DNA of 64,000 nucleotides from Escherichia coli (GTDB lineage Bacteria; Pseudomonadota; Gammaproteobacteria; Enterobacterales; Enterobacteriaceae): NCBI RefSeq assembly GCF_044324875.1, contig NZ_CP172185.1; one strand, 5' to 3'. Shown piece by piece: positions 62,939 to 64,000 of this stretch (position 1 is its first letter; each line of letters starts with the position of its first letter). The notes under the pieces were generated by a model. It saw only the letters and a program-made list of their open reading frames with translations, ran no database searches and was not told where the DNA came from. The position numbers and the translations under genes were made by a program.

Positions 62939-63960
62939 CAGAACGGGTCCTCCTGTACTCTGGCTTTTTTCTTTTTCCGCGCGCCGGGGGCTTCGGGTTC
63001 AGGCAGATAAGCATCTGGTGGGCCGACACGGATTTCCGTCAGGGTGCCGTTCTGGTCCTGAGTAAACGTGACTTCCGAAACAAGCAGTTCGGTGTTGTCG
63101 AAACCACAGACCGGATCAAAGACAATCACCCGCTGGTTGGGCTGCCACAGCGTACCGTTACCCTGTCGCCAGCCCTGCACCACATAGGTGGTTTCATCCG
63201 TCCGCGCCGCCCGTTGTCGGGCTTCAAAGTCCGCACGGGCAATACAGCCAGCCCCCGTAGCCTGTCCTGTCTGCCTGATATACATCGGACGGTAACGGGC
63301 AATAAATGCGTCCTCTGTGCGGGCCCGCAGCGCGGTGGTGGTGGCCTCACCGAAATCATCGTCGTTTCCGGCACGCTGCCCCGCCACCTGGTAAACAGAA
63401 AACCGCTCCCGGATACTCTTCTCCGTATCGCAGGAAAGGATGTTTTCCCCGAGTACCAGCGCGGTATGTGCCCGCGTTGAGCCAATACCACCAATCACCA
63501 GCCTGCCGTGCGGGTCGTCATAAGCCAGCGCCTGCTGCTGACCGAGTATTTTGTTGATTACCTCAATCACCGTTTCACCGTGATCAGGCTGAACATCAGG
63601 AATAACACCCGACGGCGCACCGCTGTTCACCACCTCAATGCCGAAAGGCGCAGCAAGCGCCTGCGCAATCTGCACCAGCGAGCGTCCGTTAAACTGTGTC
63701 GGTTCGGCTGCACAGTCAATCAGGTCAGCCGTCAGACTACGTCCGGCAATACCGGTGCTGACCGAACGGGCATCGTAACGAACGGGCGTCGCCTCCACCC
63801 AGCCGGTGATCACCAGCTCATCACCAATCAGCACCTCCACTTTTGAACCGTTTTTAATGCGCGGCTGAAGCGTGGTGATACCCTCATCACCCGGCCACTG
63901 GCGGGTGATCTCCACACTGAAATCCCGCGCCAGCCGTTCAATACCGGCACCGATGCGCAC
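62938..63960 (-). CDS. Mu gp44-like baseplate hub/tail protein
   Basis: 340 aa; first gene of the baseplate block in window order. Confidence 0.65.
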   Translation of the reverse strand: MRIGAGIERLARDFSVEITRQWPGDEGITTLQPRIKNGSKVEVLIGDELVITGWVEATPVRYDARSVSTGIAGRSLTADLIDCAAEPTQFNGRSLVQIAQALAAPFGIEVVNSGAPSGVIPDVQPDHGETVIEVINKILGQQQALAYDDPHGRLVIGGIGSTRAHTALVLGENILSCDTEKSIRERFSVYQVAGQRAGNDDDFGEATTTALRARTEDAFIARYRPMYIRQTGQATGAGCIARADFEARQRAARTDETTYVVQGWRQGNGTLWQPNQRVIVFDPVCGFDNTELLVSEVTFTQDQNGTLTEIRVGPPDAYLPEPEAPGARKKKKARVQEDPF

Positions 63961-64000
63961 CGATGTCCAGCCATTCCACTCCCGGCCATTTATCCGTAGC

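Overview
This window reads as an Escherichia coli chromosomal segment in three parts; all protein identifications are from reading the translations against remembered E. coli K-12 and phage proteins, with no database search run. (1) 1-14.3 kb: the distal part of a CP4-57/CP4-44-type genomic island (AlpA regulator, YfjJ/YagK-like paralogs, YeeP-like GTPase, DUF932, antirestriction protein, RadC-like, DUF987, CbeA/CbtA toxin-antitoxin, YeeW-like, DUF4942), carrying a complete IS2 with a 5-bp target duplication inside a roughly 3-kb stretch with no convincing coding region, plus two AT-rich convergent genes of unknown function. (2) 14.5-55.5 kb: conserved core genes colinear with the K-12 gal-bio region in reverse orientation (glnPQ, ybiO, rlmF, mcbA, fiu, ybiX/I/J/C/B, dinG, ybiA, rhlE, cecR-ybhGFSR, ybhQ/P, clsB, ybhN/M/L, moaEDCBA, ybhK, uvrB, bioDCFB/bioA, ybhB), interrupted once by an IS3-family element (probably IS1397) inserted into a REP unit. 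glnH is not present upstream of glnP. (3) 55.6-64 kb: the attR end of a prophage integrated at the lambda attB core, with gtrA-gtrB-gtr(type) O-antigen glucosylation genes next to the att site, followed by a tail fibre module and Mu-like baseplate genes. The most interesting leads are a DNA-invertase crossover-like site inside the tail-fibre gene with an inverted tfa remnant, the strand-skewed ORF-free region and iteron-like repeats in the island, and the two uncharacterised convergent genes at 6.2-8.0 kb. No rRNA, tRNA or CRISPR array was recognised.
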